DNA of 42,085 nucleotides, from the NCBI GenBank assembly GCA_947447235.1, contig CANFJA010000001.1, positions 1 to 42,085 of the forward strand, read 5' to 3'. Below are positions 41,737 to 42,085 of the stretch, piece after piece (positions within the stretch are counted from its first letter, which is position 1; the number at the start of each line of letters is the position of its first letter). This DNA is from Comamonadaceae bacterium (GTDB lineage: Bacteria > Pseudomonadota > Gammaproteobacteria > Burkholderiales > Burkholderiaceae_C). A program made the translations under genes and the position numbers. Under the pieces are notes generated by a model. It had not been told where the DNA came from and did not search any database. It was given only the letters and a program-made list of their open reading frames with translations.

Positions 41737-42085
41737 TGCAACGTGTGTTGGGCCTTGTGCTGGCCCTGTGCCTCGCCACCACCGCCTGGGTGGTGTTTGA
41801 CAACTATGCCGATGGTGTGGATGTGAGCCCTGCTGCCGGCTCGTCTGCCAGCGTGCCGCACAGTGCGCAGCAGGTAGCCCAAGGCGCTTACTTGGCGCGT
41901 GCGGGCAACTGCATGTCGTGCCACACCGTGCCGGGCCAAGTGCCGTTCTCGGGAGGACGTGCCATTGAGACACCTTTTGGCAAGGTCTACGCCAGCAACC
42001 TCACACCGGATGACGCCACGGGCTTGGGGCGCTGGAATGCCCAGCACTTTTGGCGCGCGCTGCACCACGGGCGCTCGTACGATGG
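41733..42085 (+). CDS. Multi-heme cytochrome c (gluconate/alcohol dehydrogenase cytochrome subunit-like), truncated by window end
   Basis: Own translation (absent from ORF track): MMQRVLG..QGAYLARAGNCMSCHT..FSGGRAIETPFGKVYASNLTPD..TGLG.W; ATGA overlap with upstream gene. Confidence 0.92.
   Translation, partial: MMQRVLGLVLALCLATTAWVVFDNYADGVDVSPAAGSSASVPHSAQQVAQGAYLARAGNCMSCHTVPGQVPFSGGRAIETPFGKVYASNLTPDDATGLGRWNAQHFWRALHHGRSYD

Overview
Mostly core chromosome of a betaproteobacterium, judged Comamonadaceae-like from protein sequences and gene order. From left to right it holds: the 3' end of tuf; the S10 ribosomal operon ending at rpsQ; peroxiredoxin; a cytochrome b / cytochrome c' pair; a hydrolase and CoA-transferase; lipoprotein + MFS; a permease-less PTS (EIIA, HPr, EI); ybeD-lipB-lipA; the complete atpIBEFHAGDC operon; an NTF2/YheT/DUF operon; cytochrome c5; tRNA-Arg(CCG); MerR + MFS; rsmI/yraN/gmhA/BON; pilT/yggS; glcD; LysR/purU; IclR/FAH; a DksA-like + eRF1-domain-like pair; and two c-type cytochromes, the last truncated by the window end. 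I saw no CRISPR array, integrase or IS. Best leads: (1) an FNR-type box exactly at -41.5 driving a non-canonical DksA paralog plus a GGQ-less stand-alone eRF1-middle-domain-like protein, a candidate hypoxia transcription/ribosome shutdown module; (2) a structured leader and internal promoter between rpsJ and rplC; (3) an integrase-less ~2 kb islet at tRNA-Arg bounded by a degenerate copy of the tRNA 3' end; (4) nine genes with a -10 hexamer 6-7 nt before the ATG, a leaderless signature; (5) a His-rich ATP synthase b subunit. All family calls are by-eye recognition; no searches were run.
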